A stretch of DNA of 7,468 nucleotides from Octopus vulgaris. Taxonomy: Eukaryota. Position 1 is the first letter of the stretch; each line of letters starts with the position of its first letter. The stretch is taken from NCBI GenBank assembly GCA_951406725.2, contig CATOCA020000081.1, forward strand, positions 1 through 7,468, written 5' to 3'. The notes beneath the pieces were generated by a model. The model made no database searches. It was not told the origin of the DNA and worked only from the letters and a program-made list of their open reading frames with translations. A program made the translations under genes and the position numbers. Shown here piece after piece: positions 1-7,468 of this stretch.

Positions 1-104
1 GCTAATTAACAATAATTATTAACAATATTAAACAATATTAAACGTTATTTAATTTAATCCTAAGGCTAATTAACAATAATTATTAACAATATTAGACAAT
101 ATTA
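1..104 (-). repeat. 64-bp-period minisatellite: one full unit (1-64) plus a 40-nt partial unit (65-104), inverted relative to the array at 2549-2802
   Basis: GCTAATTAACAATAATTATTAACAATATTA starts at both 1 and 65. 65-104 matches 1-40 with one mismatch (G at 95). The reverse complement of 1-68 matches 2717-2784 at 67/68 nt. The array probably continues left of the window. Confidence 0.95.

Positions 105-7468
<7,364 letters not shown>

Overview
This is a non-coding, extremely low-complexity window, probably from an AT-rich eukaryotic genome assembled from long reads (inference). About 6.6 kb of the 7468 nt is (TA)n microsatellite in two giant tracts (~105-2078 and ~2803-7427), and the second tract contains a ~145-nt poly-T patch. 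All listed ORFs are artefacts of stop-free TA or T repeats. No gene, RNA gene, CRISPR array or transposase is supported. The informative sequence is a ~470-bp unique island (2079-2548), a 41-nt right flank, and one ~64-bp minisatellite family present in opposite orientations at 1-104 and 2549-2802. The best observation is that the two truncated minisatellite units abutting the (TA)n tracts are complementary halves of a single unit, with only about 5 nt (AACGT) missing. Flipping 2079-2802 restores one collinear array. This points to an inversion, real or an assembly misjoin, through the self-complementary (TA)n tracts. I cannot support a new protein-based system here.
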